DNA of 64,000 nucleotides from Tubiluchus corallicola (Eukaryota; Animalia; Priapulida). The DNA lies in assembly GCA_030141605.1 (NCBI GenBank), contig JAQGDQ010000187.1:124001-188000 (forward strand). The letters are read 5' to 3'. Numbering within the stretch: position 1 is the first letter of the stretch; each line of letters starts with the position of its first letter. The translations under genes and the position numbers were made by a program. The notes below the pieces were generated by a model. It did not search any database, was not told the DNA's origin, and saw nothing but the letters and a program-made list of their open reading frames with translations. Shown here piece after piece: positions 1 to 14,621 of the stretch.

Positions 1-1579
1 TTAAAGATGAGAATCAACGTCACAGAATAATAACCCTGCTTAAGTTCGCTGTCAACCTCGCTCGTTCATTTTTATTTTGCGCAAGAAAACGCAATTATGT
101 TGCTAATTATATTTCATTAGATAATGCAAGAGTTCCGCAGTGCTCTGAAATAACATTAAGCAAGGTTTCCGAATATAGCTAAGTTACAAAAACTACAATC
201 AAGTTTTGCCACATTCGTGCATTAAAACCTGGTTGTCGATATATCGCACACACCGATGAATCCTAAAGACCAGCATGTACACGCATAAGTTTGTGAAAAA
301 AGTATACATCTGCCACACAGGTAGTTTCTGATAGCTATCTGCTTAATACTGTAAATATCTGAATATTGTAAAGCTGCTTTCCAATTTAGTGTTATTGCAT
401 TGCAAATTTGAGCTTTGTAAGTCTATGCAAGTTGTATAGGGCTGAAGAATTTGGGTATTTTTGGAAAATGTAATTTGGACGTTATTGTTCTTTTATTTCT
501 ACATCAATTTAATTGAGTTCTTTTTAGTGCTATTATTTTAAGACATAAATACTAACACTTATTAATGTGTAAATTTTACGTATTTTTTAATGTGAACCAA
601 ATATGATTAAACTGCAATTTTTGTATATTCATATAAATAATTTTATTTTTATGACTGCTCGATATGTTTATTAATCTACATATTAATCTCACTTTTGAAA
701 CAGTTTGAATACTGTGCAGCTGTCATTTGACTTTTTCATTTGAACTTTTTAGGGTTATACCAACTTAGTTAGACTTCTATTTTTGTACAGTGTATAACCT
801 CAGTTTATGTATTATAAGGCAATAAGTGCGTACTTTTTAAATAATTAATTTTATAAAATGTGGCTATTTTAGTATTTTGTATAATAAGCATAGTGCTCAA
901 CACAGTTCTGTAGTGCTCGGCATAGGCCTATACAACTGTTGAGTTTGAAGTGTCCTTAGGCACTAGTCTACACACTTTGAGTATTGAAATTTACAACAAT
1001 TCAATTTGAATATTATTGGACTGCTTCAACAGGTCAACTATTTCACTATTGCACGAACATAAACTCTCTTATAATTATTGATTATGCATACGCTTTACAC
1101 TATTTTTTAAGCTGATACGCGATGAGCTATATAAAACCCATCCATATCGATTATACGAAGGCAGTGTTATTTTCTTTCATAATGAAATTCTTTAAGCGCA
1201 AGATGATCGTCATTGTTAGCGTGTAATTAGCGCAACCATTAATCTTCCTTTTATCCATCGTTATGGCTTCATTACAGCACAGATAATTGTAAAATTTCAT
1301 TCCTCTTCACTTCGTGTTCACCGAGAGCTATGTTATATACGTATAGCGACTGTTGAAAAGTAAACTTGGCTACTGTCTTACACTGGCTAAGGTTGGTATG
1401 GTGTGAGCCTAAGACTTTATTAAAAAAAGCAGTACCACATTGTTGTTTTGCCTGTTTATTAATAAAAGAAAGAAGTAACAGTATCTATATCACTTTCTTC
1501 TTCTTAGAAAAGTCTGGAACTCATTTTCCAATATTAGTCGCTGTATGACATTAACCTATTTTGCCCTATTTCTTCGTAG

Positions 1580-1603
1580 GGATAGCCCATCGATGAGAAG
1601 ACA
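1580..1603 (+). CDS. Candidate 24-nt frame-preserving microexon (DSPSMRR-)
   Basis: Pyrimidine-rich acceptor TTTTGCCCTATTTCTTCGTAG| and donor ACA|GTAAGG. The 24 nt are open in phase 2-2, compatible with the other exons. Confidence 0.45.
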
Positions 1604-3212
1604 GTAAGGTTTCTTTCGTATAATTGGTTTCGGATATCTTCGGCGACAGCAAAGACAAAAAAATTGTAAATTTCCTTAGTGTAACAAAAGCTGACTTAAA
1701 GTGGCAATAGTGTGTTCAGGATTGTATAATACATTATTGGATGTGCTGAATTCAGTTGCAAGTTGCAACTAACAAGTAAAATTAAGCGTCTCTTGAACTG
1801 TGATTAAAACTCAATCTAACCCGTACAGTGACGTTTGTTTGAACTTTAATCCTGTAGCAATTATCACCTGATGGGAGGAACAAAAGGTGTGTAACTGATA
1901 AAGTGACACGCGAATATATCGCCTTTGTTTGAAAACGGTTCAACTACAGGGCTAGTAACTTGTTAATGTTTTAGTGTTGAAAGGCTATGCTTAGGTGGCT
2001 GACTGCGTAAGCTTCTGTATGGCTTCATCTCGAGATTAAATAAATTTCTCAGGGTACTATTCTTGTGATAGAACTTTCGTGGTATAACTTGTTAAGCAAA
2101 GTTGTTTAATGAACGTGATTAGTTCCTCACTTGCTTATTAGCCCTTGAAGAAATTTAGGCCGCTAAGACGTGACTACTAACTTGATTCCAAGAGAAGCTT
2201 AATAATCAGCAATCAAACGCCATTATAATGCTCTTAATTATAAAATAACTCAAGCATATTTTAATCATCGAGAATTTGCGATCGATTAGTGTTTTAATTT
2301 GGCGTATAATTACAATAAGGTGATATTTTTTCGATTTTTGCTTATAATAGCGTGATTTATTGTGCTTTATCCTCGCGTTTAGTGAAGAATATTAAAAGAA
2401 AAGGGAAAAAGAAACATCCTGTCATTTGCATTGCTTTCCACTTTCTCAGTTATTTTTGCTTTTACAAGAATCGTCAACATTTTCGCCGCCCCCCGCCCGA
2501 AAGATGAAGGGGAAGTAAGAGAAAACAAAAACAGCGGATCTGGCTGGCTATTGAAAGATATAAAAGCAGCTATTTTGGCTGCTGATTACTACATGATGGT
2601 TACTGTAAATAAATGCTTTGTACTTTTTGTTGTTTTCATCCCCTGCATGCCTGGGGATAAGACCTTTGTTACGGTCTCTTCTCGAGTATCTGTAAGAAAA
2701 AGCGCTAGTCGCCCTAACAATTGCCATGAAAAAGTCATACGATATTTACAAGGTACGTTTGATTAATGACGTCTGAAGGCTCGTGTAATTTTGTGCCTTA
2801 CGAGCAATGAGATAGCTCGCAGACTCGAACAGATCGAGATAATCCAATTTGTTTTTTGCGCTCAGAGAATTATTGTTTTTATCTTTTTTTAAAGTTTGGT
2901 TGGCATAATAATTTGCAAATGAATAACGCAATGTAAATAAAACAACTACCGAATGTTTTATCAGTGCAGTTATAAGTAGTTGCAAGATTCAAACCAAGCC
3001 GCCAGGCTCGCAGTTTCAGATGCGTTACAAGCGCCGAAAACCATCTGTACTATATAATACACAATATAGTGTATACATGATTCCTTTGCACTGAAAAGAG
3101 ATCTAGGGATTGGAAACTTCTTTAGAAGTTTTGTTGGTTTCACAAGCTGCAGTAATGTTACAATACAAACACTGCAAGCTTTGACATTATTACGCAAGTA
3201 GTCAGTGTTCAG

Positions 3213-3437
3213 TACGAAAGCGTATTAGGGCCATGATATCCGATTATAAAAATTGGTTATATAATCAGATTTTGTTTATAGTCGGATGGCAATTTTTTTT
3301 TGTTATAACCAGATCTTTTAGTAATCAGATGGCAAAAAATCTGGTTATAACCTATTTTTTGCCACCCGAATGTAAAAAAATCTGATTATAACCAGATTTT
3401 TTATAATCGGATATCATGGCCCTAATACGCTTTCGTA
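3213..3437. mobile_element. 225-bp MITE with long TIRs and a 6-bp TSD (IS3EU-like)
   Basis: About 40-bp TIR TACGAAAGCGTATTAGGGCCATGATATCCGATTATAAAAA inverted at both ends, GTTCAG duplicated at 3207-3212 and 3438-3443, internal GGTTATAA/ATCAGAT subrepeats. Confidence 0.9.
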
Positions 3438-6400
3438 GTTCAGACATGCCGTACTTTGCTTCAGGCATGCCGAGTTGCAAGTTTTCAACATGGAAATCAT
3501 TTTTCATATAATAACCAAAATAATATTGGTACAGCACTTTCTTATGTAATCATGCTCAACACACGTTTTGGTCAATGATTAATGTACGTTGTCACATGTT
3601 TGAAAGCATTACTTTTTAAACGAGATTTATCATGGCAATTTCAGTATGTAGGGATTTTGGTTAAGTGTATATGGTGAAGAAATGGCGTTTGTTTCTGCAT
3701 TAAGCTTTTAGGAATTCGCTTGAAAGTATGTAAAATGTGCATTATTGTTGTTGTGTGTGTAAGCTTAGTGCTATTAATATTTTGAACGAATATTTGAGCA
3801 TTATTCGTGTATTAATAAAAAGGGCTTATAATGCCGCTTATTTACGCTCTTTTGTGCAGCAATATTGGAACAATTCTGAGCCGTCCTTAACAACCCTCAC
3901 TATACAGCAAGCAATTAACTACCGGTTCACTTAATCCATTTAGGTAGAGGAAAATGGGATTGACAAATGTTTAGAATGCAAAAAATTAGGATTTGCTATG
4001 TCAAAATAATGGCAAGCAGAAATTGCGTAGCTATATAAGTACAAATTAGCACCAGGCAGCAAGATAATGTATATGTCCGTTTTCATATTGACAGTAATGA
4101 TGTGGCACCACATCTTAACGTCTTATAGCGTATTTCAGTAAAAAACGAGAAATCTGACATCAAAGGCTTGCAGCTAAATCCTTTGTAATAAATTTCCTTA
4201 AAATATCCGAAAGTACCATGATGCTTGCTGAATGGCGTTTATATGCAAACGAGAAAGCTTGAATGTAGAATGGAATCTTTAAAATGTTTTCCAGTTCGTT
4301 ACCTTTTAAGCAACTGAACTAGGTACGCCTACGTTCATGCAAATTACGTTTTATTGAGCAAAGAAACACTTTATTTATTTAGCTCTTAGCTGCTAGATCA
4401 TGGGCTTACGAATTGCGAGATTTCATGTGTCAATGACATCGATTTACACGAATCAGTCAGAGCTTGATTTCATGTACTTATTTAATATTTATGTGTGTGT
4501 TATTGCTGCGAAAATAACTTCAAGTAATTTAGCGTTGGAATATAATAGGTTAACGTTTCAATGCTTGTATTATCAGAACAATATGATCATGTGGCTGGAA
4601 TTATTAGGAACAGGTTAGTAGTTGAATCATTCTAAATCATGCTGTTATCAACTCGCCATTAAGCATTTATTTTAAATCGCCATTAAGAACCAGCAGTCGC
4701 TAGGTTCTCCGAGAACCTCTATAACGTTAGTTATAGTGGTCGTGGTTTCTCCTTCTCTTTTCGTTTTATGGAGCAAGGACTCCGGTTTGTTCAACATTAA
4801 CTTTTATTGTAAATGTTTTCATTGCTAAGGCTCGAGTCGATGTTGAACGTTATCAAGAAAGTGCTTTTTGGTATAGCCCTCTGCACCTATATAAACTGGT
4901 CTGGGCGCCCAGTCGTCGTGTAGCTCTATTGAGACATAACACAAGCGTTACAAATCTTTTCATTAAAGGAAATGTATGCGATCTCACCAAGCTAGGCCAA
5001 ATGAATGCAACAAAGCTTTATGATTTGGGAATCGCAAATTACGCAACAAACAATATAACTGGAGTGGACGATTTTGAAAAAAAATCGCTTGATCAGTAAC
5101 GCAATTATTAAATTAAGCACTAAAGCAGTACAGTATACGTTTAAATATGAAATTAAGAATTGCAAGCCTTACTTTGTAACTGCGGACATACCGGCACGCT
5201 GCTGTGCTGTCCGTTTTTTCCACGCTGTGAATTAGGCTGTGTTGGAGTTTACTTTGATACAGGTATAATAATATTGCCCGAATCAAATTATTATTACTGT
5301 ATTATTGTTAACTCCAAAGTAGTATTATATAATTATATTCTGTATGATATCTGTTGTGATTTAGAAAAGAAATGAATTTAACATAATCTCGATGAAACAA
5401 ATCTGCGCGTTCCTTTTCTGCGGCAATCATTTCTAGTGGGAGGGGATTTGGGGAATTACTTCCTTTATGCAATTATTTTCATAAGCAGTGGAAGCTGTAG
5501 ATTTATCTTCCTGGTTCCCATTGAGGATTTGCAGTTTTTGATACTCAGCCAAATAAAAACAGGTTTTTTTATATTGCATATTTGGGGACGGTAGGTGTAA
5601 TGGTTTAATTAAGGAAGCCCATAACTATTGGTCCTGCTAGGGGAGTCAGTTTACTCTGCAAGTTGTGCAGCTGAATGAACGCTGAAAATACAACAGCTAT
5701 TGTCAGATTTATTGGAAGGACATGTATCATGTTCACTCGAGTGACTTCGCTGCGCAATGCTCAAACTATTTGACTCACCCCTGGCATTATGGCATTTCTC
5801 GGCTGCTGAGTAGGAAGGGATGCTGGTAGGTTTGCGCTTTAAGTAAATACAATGAACAGATAAACTAGTCGCATGCTGGCGAGGATTAAGATGGTATGTA
5901 CACATTGTTATGATTAAAGTTTTCACTCCGATTTTGTAATGACGAAAATCCTTGACTATTGCATAAAGCTTGCTGCTATAGTTTAGTTAGACGCTATTGC
6001 GTGGCATTTAAATTAATGTATATTTTGTATGCAATTTCTTAATTTTTTTTAGTGTTATTCGTTTTAAGTAGATATACTGTTATTTGTTGGCAATATGTAA
6101 TCTAAAGCAAGGATATTGAGAACTCCAGTAAGAAAAAACTGTACTAGTTTTATATAAGATACATATGATATAGGTAATTAGATATAAACAAATCAACAGA
6201 TCATTTGTTTAGCGTTTCTATATAACAGTCACGTACCGTTATCAGTTTTCTATCTGCAACTGATAATACAACGTCAAAAATTATCTGAGAAGCGTGCTTG
6301 CTACGTGTGATGACGACATTACATACGACATCATCGGGACTATTACGTTTAATTATACTCTTGAACTAGCGTTATCAAAAGAACGCTAACTTCTGTTAGT

Positions 6401-6495
6401 TTTCAAAAACAGTCGGTCACTAAGGCAAGCGACCACGTGGCAGAAAGCAGAGATAATAAGGACATAATGTGCATAATTGGATGACGTCCATTAAC

Positions 6496-6930
6496 GTAAG
6501 ACTTCGGTTATTTAATGCTTATGTTAGCAGCATATTTAGGTACAACAGTGAAATATGGTGTTTAACGATTGTTCAATGAAAAACAGATTGACACATTTCA
6601 TAGAAGTCTTCTAAGGAAAGTTTTAAAGATAACATGGCCATACATATTAAAAAATGAAGATTACACTAGAACGAAAAAAATTCCGGGAGTTCAAAAGTCA
6701 AGATCCGAAGATTAAGATGGTTAAGACATCTTCTAAGATTACAAAGCGAAGTATCAGTAAGAATCGCCTTAAAGGAAGCTTTGAAACCTTGCAAAAACAC
6801 CTGGCAAACGAAAAACAACTTGGATAGCTAGGATAAATAAAGGTGTTCAACAACTTCAACCAAATGTATCTGTAGGAGTAGAACTTACGCTGTTAGCTGC
6901 AGATAGGAGTGGGAGGAATAATCTAAAAAT
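6496..6930 (+). mobile_element. Decayed 3' fragment of an RTE-clade LINE ORF
   Basis: Frameshifted translation RLFNAYVSSIFRYNSEIWCLT..IDTFHRSLLRKVLKITWP..KNED..RRLRWLRHLLRL..PGKRKTTWI..LAADR, the typical RTE post-RT C-terminus. Confidence 0.8.
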
Positions 6931-7046
6931 GTTAATCCCACAATGTGTACAATAGATGGAATGAGACTTTGAAGAAAGCATCATAATAACAATAAATTTT
7001 CAACATAGAATGTCACACTGGAGTCGTACGTAATGCTGAATACGTC

Positions 7047-7982
<936 letters not shown>

Positions 7983-8799
7983 GGAACACGGTTTCCAGTA
8001 ATCCGTACGTAATACTGAATACGTCATAATTATATCTATATACATAATGTTTCCAGTAAACCATGTTGCCACTTATTGTCCACTGACATATTTAATTGTA
8101 GATTTTATTTTTTTGCCAAAAGAAATTTTACAGAAGGCATAAAACGTCAAGTAGATTGAAACTGTTGGGAATTACGTACAAGTTGCGACCAGGCACCGTT
8201 GTTTTTCAGACCATACTGTTCCAACATCGACTTCAGTTATGCAAACTCAAACAGTTGGCATGTTTTAAATGATAGGTCTAGTATTAAAACTCATTTTGCG
8301 TACATCGTCTGATCAATTATACACTAAGTTAGCACTGCAGATAATGCTGTCAGCACCATTTTGGGCTACTTAAATTTTTAATGGATTTTTCCTAATTTCA
8401 CTCTTCGTTAAGTCGCATTAGCGCAAAGTGCGTTTGCTTATAGTTTGCTTTGACTTTTTTGAGCATTAGTTTTTCCTATGCTACCTATTTGGAATAAATG
8501 TGTTTTATATACAGATCTATGCGCAGGCAAGTCAAGTCAGTGTTGCAAAATGAATGCAATATTGAAAATTTGACGTGTCACCAAATGTTCCGCTAACAGT
8601 AATTGGACACTGGCTCCATCCATGGGCATTGGGCAAAAGTGTCAAGGCATTAGAAGTAAGGAGGTTGAAATTGCGTTCACACTTTCAGATAATTATGTTC
8701 TGTCCTCATTATATGTAATACTCCTTAATAATTATCCAATTCTCATTAGACAACAAAACAAAAATTACCAAACATGTTTTCTTATACATGTCGGAGTTT

Positions 8800-10570
8800 A
8801 AGGTTCGTTTCGAACGCTTAACCTTTACGAGCAAAATCCAGCATTAGTGCGCCAAGAAATTTGCCATATGTCTGCTACTGATGACGATTTTACATTGATT
8901 GAGGTGTGTGAAACCACCGCCGCTGTGAAGTTGGATCAAAATGGAGGGCTGTCGGGGGTTCCACCAGAAATGCCTGAGATACATTATATCAGTCGTGGCT
9001 AAGCTTCTTACTGACAATATTTACGTTGTTTCGGTGTGCTTACATCCACCAGCCGGGTTTCTTCACTGCTAGTAATTCAAGAAAAGTCGTCGATGGTCCA
9101 GCGACAACACCCGCGGTATACCAGCAATGAATACCTTCGCTAAACGGTAATTGTGTGATGCCATGCTCTGTCAACGCCTTCAAAAATATCTTTGGCCTGA
9201 TGGAAACAAGCAGGCGCTCAGCGGAGCATAATCCTGCAGCATATCCTCATTCGTCGGTTACTCATGGATTATGCAATGTGCCAAAATAAGCTGTTTATAA
9301 TCTACATCGAGTTTAGTAAAGTGTGCGACAGAGTGCTTCGTGGTGCAATAAGGTACCGTGGCGGATTTAGTATATGGATATGCCACGGTGTCGGCTATTT
9401 ATACTTATATTCTGATACACGGATGATTTTAGGAACAGCTACTATTACAACAACCAGGAAACTCCAACATCTTGCTTTCGTTTTACCTTGTCATTTGTAA
9501 AATTTTGTATCTAAATTTATTGTTAAGTTAAACACGAGTTAAACAAGTGTGTGTGTGGAATAGATGACTTTCTTTGTTGGCTTCATTGTCTACTGCATAT
9601 GGATGATATCCTGCGTGCCTCATCTAAAAATGACTTTCGGTGCTCTCATCTGTTTGTGAAGTATCAGTTATAGTCATCAATTCAGAGAAGACAAAATTTA
9701 CGGTGGTGAACGGTTCTCTGGCAGAGAGAGCAGATCTTGTGGTTAACAATGTGGGCGTGGTGAGTTGCGGAGGTAACACTTATTTGGGCGTTGTTTTTAA
9801 ATAAGATGGGTTGTCTGGTCCTGCTGTTAGGGAACGTTTTAAATTTAAATCGAAGCAACCACACTTGACGAAATTTGTCTGGTTTGTAACTAAGTACTAA
9901 GACATTCCATTTTGGATAAAACGGAAGGTTCTAGAATGTGCGTTGATCTCGTCCGTCTGAATAAGGCCTGGATGAAGTAGATATGTTGTGGTGCTCGAAT
10001 TGGAGAGGTCCATGGTGCATTACTATTACAGTTTTACTGAGGGTTCGAAACAAATGACGTATGTCTATTAGAATTTGGTAATTGTTTCAAAATTGGTAAA
10101 TCAGCGTCAAGTTACGTCGTATGGCAGCGTCAAATGTGGAATATATGTAAAGATGCACAAACAAAGGGAAGGGTAATTACTTGTATTTAGATAGTGTTAT
10201 GAATGCAGTGAATCATACCTATATGTCCGAAGTTCTGGCCGTACAAAATACTTTTTTGGAAATAAATCCCAGCTTGTCTGTGCATCCAGTGTATGGGAAC
10301 ACAGAGTTACCGGAGTACAAACTTATCACAAAAATTATCACAAGAATAAGGGTGTCATCTCACAGTATGGCTATAAAAATAGACCGTTGGGCAAATTTAC
10401 CTCGTGAGTGGACGTTGTGTACTTGCACAGAGATGCAGACAGAAGAGCATTTTTTCTAGGTCACACAGTACCCGCTTAATTAAAATAACATTGCAAGTTT
10501 ATTTGATGGAGAACTATTCAAAACTGTAAATTTCATTTATGATTGCATAGGCCATTTAACTATATATTGC
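8800..10570 (+). mobile_element. Heavily decayed LINE reverse transcriptase plus C-terminal Cys/His region (RTE-X-like)
   Basis: Remnant motifs: DDDFTLIEV...GVPP (~8880-8970); LFIIYIEFSKVCDRV (DFSKAYD motif, ~9290); HCLLHMDDI (YxDD box, ~9585-9610); RIRVSSHSMAIKIDRWANLPREWTLCTC..QTEEHF (~10345-10455). Clade assignment is tentative. Confidence 0.75.
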
Positions 10571-10846
10571 AGGTTTTTGTTGGCTGACACATGACTGCAT
10601 CTTTTGTGATTATCATGTCCTAAGTAAAAAAATTTTTACAGATTGGTACGACTTTTAGCCAAATGCGTCTATCGATTCACAGATTTTCCAATTGGTGTAT
10701 TTGTGAAAATACTTTGTGCAGCTATGCTAGGTCTGATGTTTCGTACAATTTGAAAATCATTACCGCCTGCTGATAAAACCATCGGGTATACGTCGATTAT
10801 ACAAATGCTTCAAGTAAAAATTTGATTTCCAGATATAAAATATTTA

Positions 10847-11070
10847 TCTGACTGTCTGTCAGTCCGTCCGTCCACCCGTGTCTCTCTCCCTTCCTCTTCC
10901 ATTCATCAATCCATCCGTCCGTCCGTCCGTCCGTCCGTACGTACGTCCGTCCGTTCATCCATCCATCCATCCATCAATCCATCCATCCATCCATCCATCC
11001 ATCCATCCATCCATCCATCCATCCATCCATCCATCCATCCATCCATCCATCAATCCATTCATCCATCCAT
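10847..11070. repeat. Compound microsatellite (TCTG)/(TCCG)n/(TCCA)n
   Basis: Directly visible. Confidence 0.95.
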
Positions 11071-12509
11071 TTAGCATTATTGTCGATTTCCGATTATTTT
11101 GACACCAAAATTATTGTAACACTATTGTAATGTGAATGCATGCCATTATCTTATTCAACAAGTTCATAACAACATTTCAGAAATAATCGAAATCAGCTTT
11201 TTAAGATTTTTCTGCTAGCCTACTTTTTCGTGGTCTTTGTTTTCCTGTTTTCTGGTCATTTTTTGTACACATTTTTTATGTGTTTCGCAACTTTCGCTTC
11301 ACGTGAACAAGCTAGTTAATGTGATAATTTTTTTATGTTAACGGGAAAGTGATGTGTTTAATATTTTTAATGGTTTCAAATCGGAGTACCAGCAATAGCT
11401 AGTGGAAATAACAGTTATAAGAGCAATTTACCAACTAATCAGCCACTTCTTAGATGTCTTAATTTTTTTAAATGAGATACTCCTTCTAGATGAGGTCAAC
11501 CAAGGCACAGGGTCTCACTTGTGCCATAACTGGTTTATCCACATTTCACCATGAGTGGCGCTATAGCAGAGCGAGTTGAACTAAACTTGAATCCGGATTA
11601 TGCCGCGTCATCCCATTACAACTTGTATAGGCTTCCAATTTAGCCGGTCGTAAGTTTTATGTCGACAACGGCTCGTAAAAGTCGCCTGTCAGTTTAAGGT
11701 GTGAAAAACACAAGCCCTAACTTTATCCACTTAAAGGCGCTTGATAAAGCGGTGCTGTCAATGCAAGCTTGGAAAGCTCTCATGCCATGCATTAGCAATC
11801 ATTGTTAAATACCACAAGCAGATCTATAGATTTTGGTATAGGATTTTGCTCTGATGTACGAAACTGAACCCTTTCCTCCTTAAGAGTCATGTTTGCATTT
11901 GAAAGGCATGCAACCGTGTTTTTGCATTCATCGTTATTATTCATCAATAATAATAATATTAGGAATCAACAGGCATAAAGTGTGAAACAGACAGACCTGA
12001 GGTAACTGTAGAGACCAGTTCTAAGAGAAAGTATCATATATTAGACCATTTAGTTTTCACCGTCGTCTTTAAATAAATAGACGTCTTGTTTTTTATTTTC
12101 TAAAGTCGGAACATTTAGAAATAATTATCTAGTCGAAGAATATTTTCGAGACAGTTTGAATGTTGACGTAGAAAGTCACTGCGTAAAAAGGTCTTAAAGT
12201 AAGCCTGGTTTCGGACCTCGAACTTCGTATTCTTTAATTTTGGTACATACATCGTTCTTATGGAGTGTCATATGTACTTTAATAGGCATGTATAGTGGAA
12301 GTGAGAAACATTTTAATTTTTAAGAAGAAAATGAGAAGAAACAAGAACACTAAAAGCAGTGGTAGAAATAGTAGCGAACTAGTCCGGAATGCGAAGCATT
12401 GGATCATTTAACTTTTTCTGCCCAACTGTCAGTATATCGTTTAGAACACTATTTACCATTGTCATGGATCCGCTTTTACATTATTATTTACGTTATTTCA
12501 ATAGAATTT

Positions 12510-12860
12510 CTCTCTTCCCTTCTCTGCCTCCTTCCTCCTTCCCCTCTCTCTCCTGTTTCTTTCTCTCTTTCTGTTTCCCCTTCTCTCTCTCTCTCTCTCT
12601 CTCTGTCCCCCTATTTCTCTTTCTCTTTCTTTCTCTCCCTTTCTTCTCATTTTTTTCTTTCTTTTCCTCTCACTTCCTCTGTCTCTTCCTTCCTCTCGTT
12701 TTAGTATTTGTATATTTAGCTTTATCCTGTGAAATTCATTGTGGAAAACTATTAAAAGTACCTGCATGTAATTAGAGCGCAGTATTGCACCAGCAAATGC
12801 ACTGCCACCTGCTCAAAGATTTTTTCTATTGAAACAACACCTAACCGTCAAAAAATCTCT
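12510..12860 (+). repeat. Dispersed repeat, copy 1: CT-rich tract plus a conserved flank
   Basis: CT tract 12510-12700 followed by TATTTAGCTTTATCCTGTGAAATTCA..AAACTATTAAAA..TTTCTATTGAAACAA; an inverted homologue lies near 50230-50580. Confidence 0.7.
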
Positions 12861-14569
12861 CATATTTCTATATATCTTCGTCGGATTCATTTGTCATTAA
12901 CATTACTAACATTGTACTTAATCTTTGCTTATTGCTCTTGAAATGATGATAGTAGCTAGTTGTTAACAGATTACAGACACTCATTTTCAGTTGCCATAGA
13001 ATCCAATTTTTCGTAAAAATTTTGTATCCATTGTCTTGTTAACGTCACAATTAGTAAATTTTAAAGTTGTGTTATACGAACGAGACCAACATCACGGCGA
13101 AATAAACGGCCCAGCAAGGGAGTAAGACAAAAAGTAAACAAAATGAAAGAAAGCAGGAAAAGGAGGGAAAGAGAAGAACAATAACAATAAGGCAAAAAGG
13201 AGAAAGATACAATCGCTATAGACAATGTAAAAAGGCAATCACTTAATCAGGCTGATATGGAATTTTTCAGTACCTGGCATCAGTCGTTATTTGCTTAGTG
13301 TTGAAGCCCTGCATGTGGCTAAGTTTCTTTGTCCGTTGAGAAGATTTGCGTTTAAGCAGTTTGTATTTTCAACGAAACTTAAAGGGTTTCTTTGTTCCTC
13401 GAGCAGAAAATATCAAACGCTTGATTAGGTCTAAAGGCACTTGGAGTTGAAATTTATTTGTCGCTCTTGTTGATTAAATAAGTTCGAATCAAGAGCACTG
13501 AAATTGCTCGATAAAGACTGTTGTTCAATTAAGTGTTCGGACGCATATCCCACGACACCTCACAAGCCGCTACTGGAAAATGAGTTTTCTGTGAGAGTGC
13601 GAATTGAATGGCATCAAACAAGCATCGATACAGTCTCATGATATTGCAATATTGCTCTTAATATGGAACCCACACCCCAGAGCCTTACTGTAGTTCATTC
13701 AAACCTACTAGAAACTCTACATCATAAAGTGAAACCTGGTTTTATTAGCCACTACGAGGGACTATAAGCCAGATTTTATTTGCTACGCTTTCAGCATTTC
13801 AAATGCCATATTCCAGACCTAGCAGCAGGTGCCTTCAATCAACGGTCGTTCATTTTTGATTAAGCCTGCAGCCATTGAGAATGACTATACCCATGCAACA
13901 ATTTTCAAGATTTATTGAATAATTCTTTCAGAGGGCATATCCATTGAAATTTATAATAACATTTATAACTTTCAGATTTCTAAGTGCTCCATCTTCTTAC
14001 CTCTCTATAAATAACTTATTGACAGGCTTTATTTTGTTATAATTAATGTTTATTTATAGTCATAATCACTGTTTATAGGTAGCTTACTTGTGGAAACATT
14101 TTCAATTTATTTTTGTTTGCCACCTGAAACTTTTATTCTGTACATGGCTTGATCAGTTTTTGTTGCAACAATGCAAGCGAAGTCGATAGGATGATTTACG
14201 TTCCTTTTATGGAGCTTCGAGTGCGCAAGGTAATTTTTGTTGGTTGATTATGTGCGCAGATTTGAAGCCGTTTGATGCTACTGTTTATAGTTAGATATAC
14301 AGTGACTTAAGTTGAAAGTGTTAGTGACTGACTAAGTCGAACAAAAGATTTCTTGTGTTTTAACTATTTAGACTTTTTAGTTGAAATCTACCATCATTTC
14401 CTATCTTGGTGTGAGTAAAATTAGCATTAGTGACGAAGCAAAATTTTCTTCCTTTCTGGGATACAGGATTAATTTTTTTTGTTTCTTGGGCTGTTGTGAT
14501 ATTGCAAGGGTTAGTAAAGAGTCGAAACTCTGTTAAATATTAATGGTTTGTTTGCTTGGACTTCAGCAG

Positions 14570-14621
14570 GGTGTGATTACAAAATGAATTGCAGAACGGG
14601 CCTATTGTGACTGCTATAAAG
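14570..14621 (+). other. Possible non-coding (5' UTR) exon
   Basis: CTTCAGCAG| acceptor and strong AAG|GTAAGC donor; stop codons in all three frames. Confidence 0.25.

Noticed and set aside
4888-4920. TATATAAA followed by GC-rich sequence, a possible core promoter
   Set aside because: TATA-like words are frequent in AT-rich DNA, and the spacing to the initiator-like motif is not canonical.
5651-5926. Minus-strand 91-aa ORF containing a GG|GTGAGT donor-like site
   Set aside because: No recognisable homology, acceptor or partner exons.
12389-12775. Hydrophobic or charged ORFs (also 50342-50667)
   Set aside because: Translations of CT/GA simple repeats.
14191-14229. Short ORF MIYVPFMELRVRK ending at AAG|GTAATT
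   Set aside because: Phase 0 and no homology; cannot be distinguished from chance.
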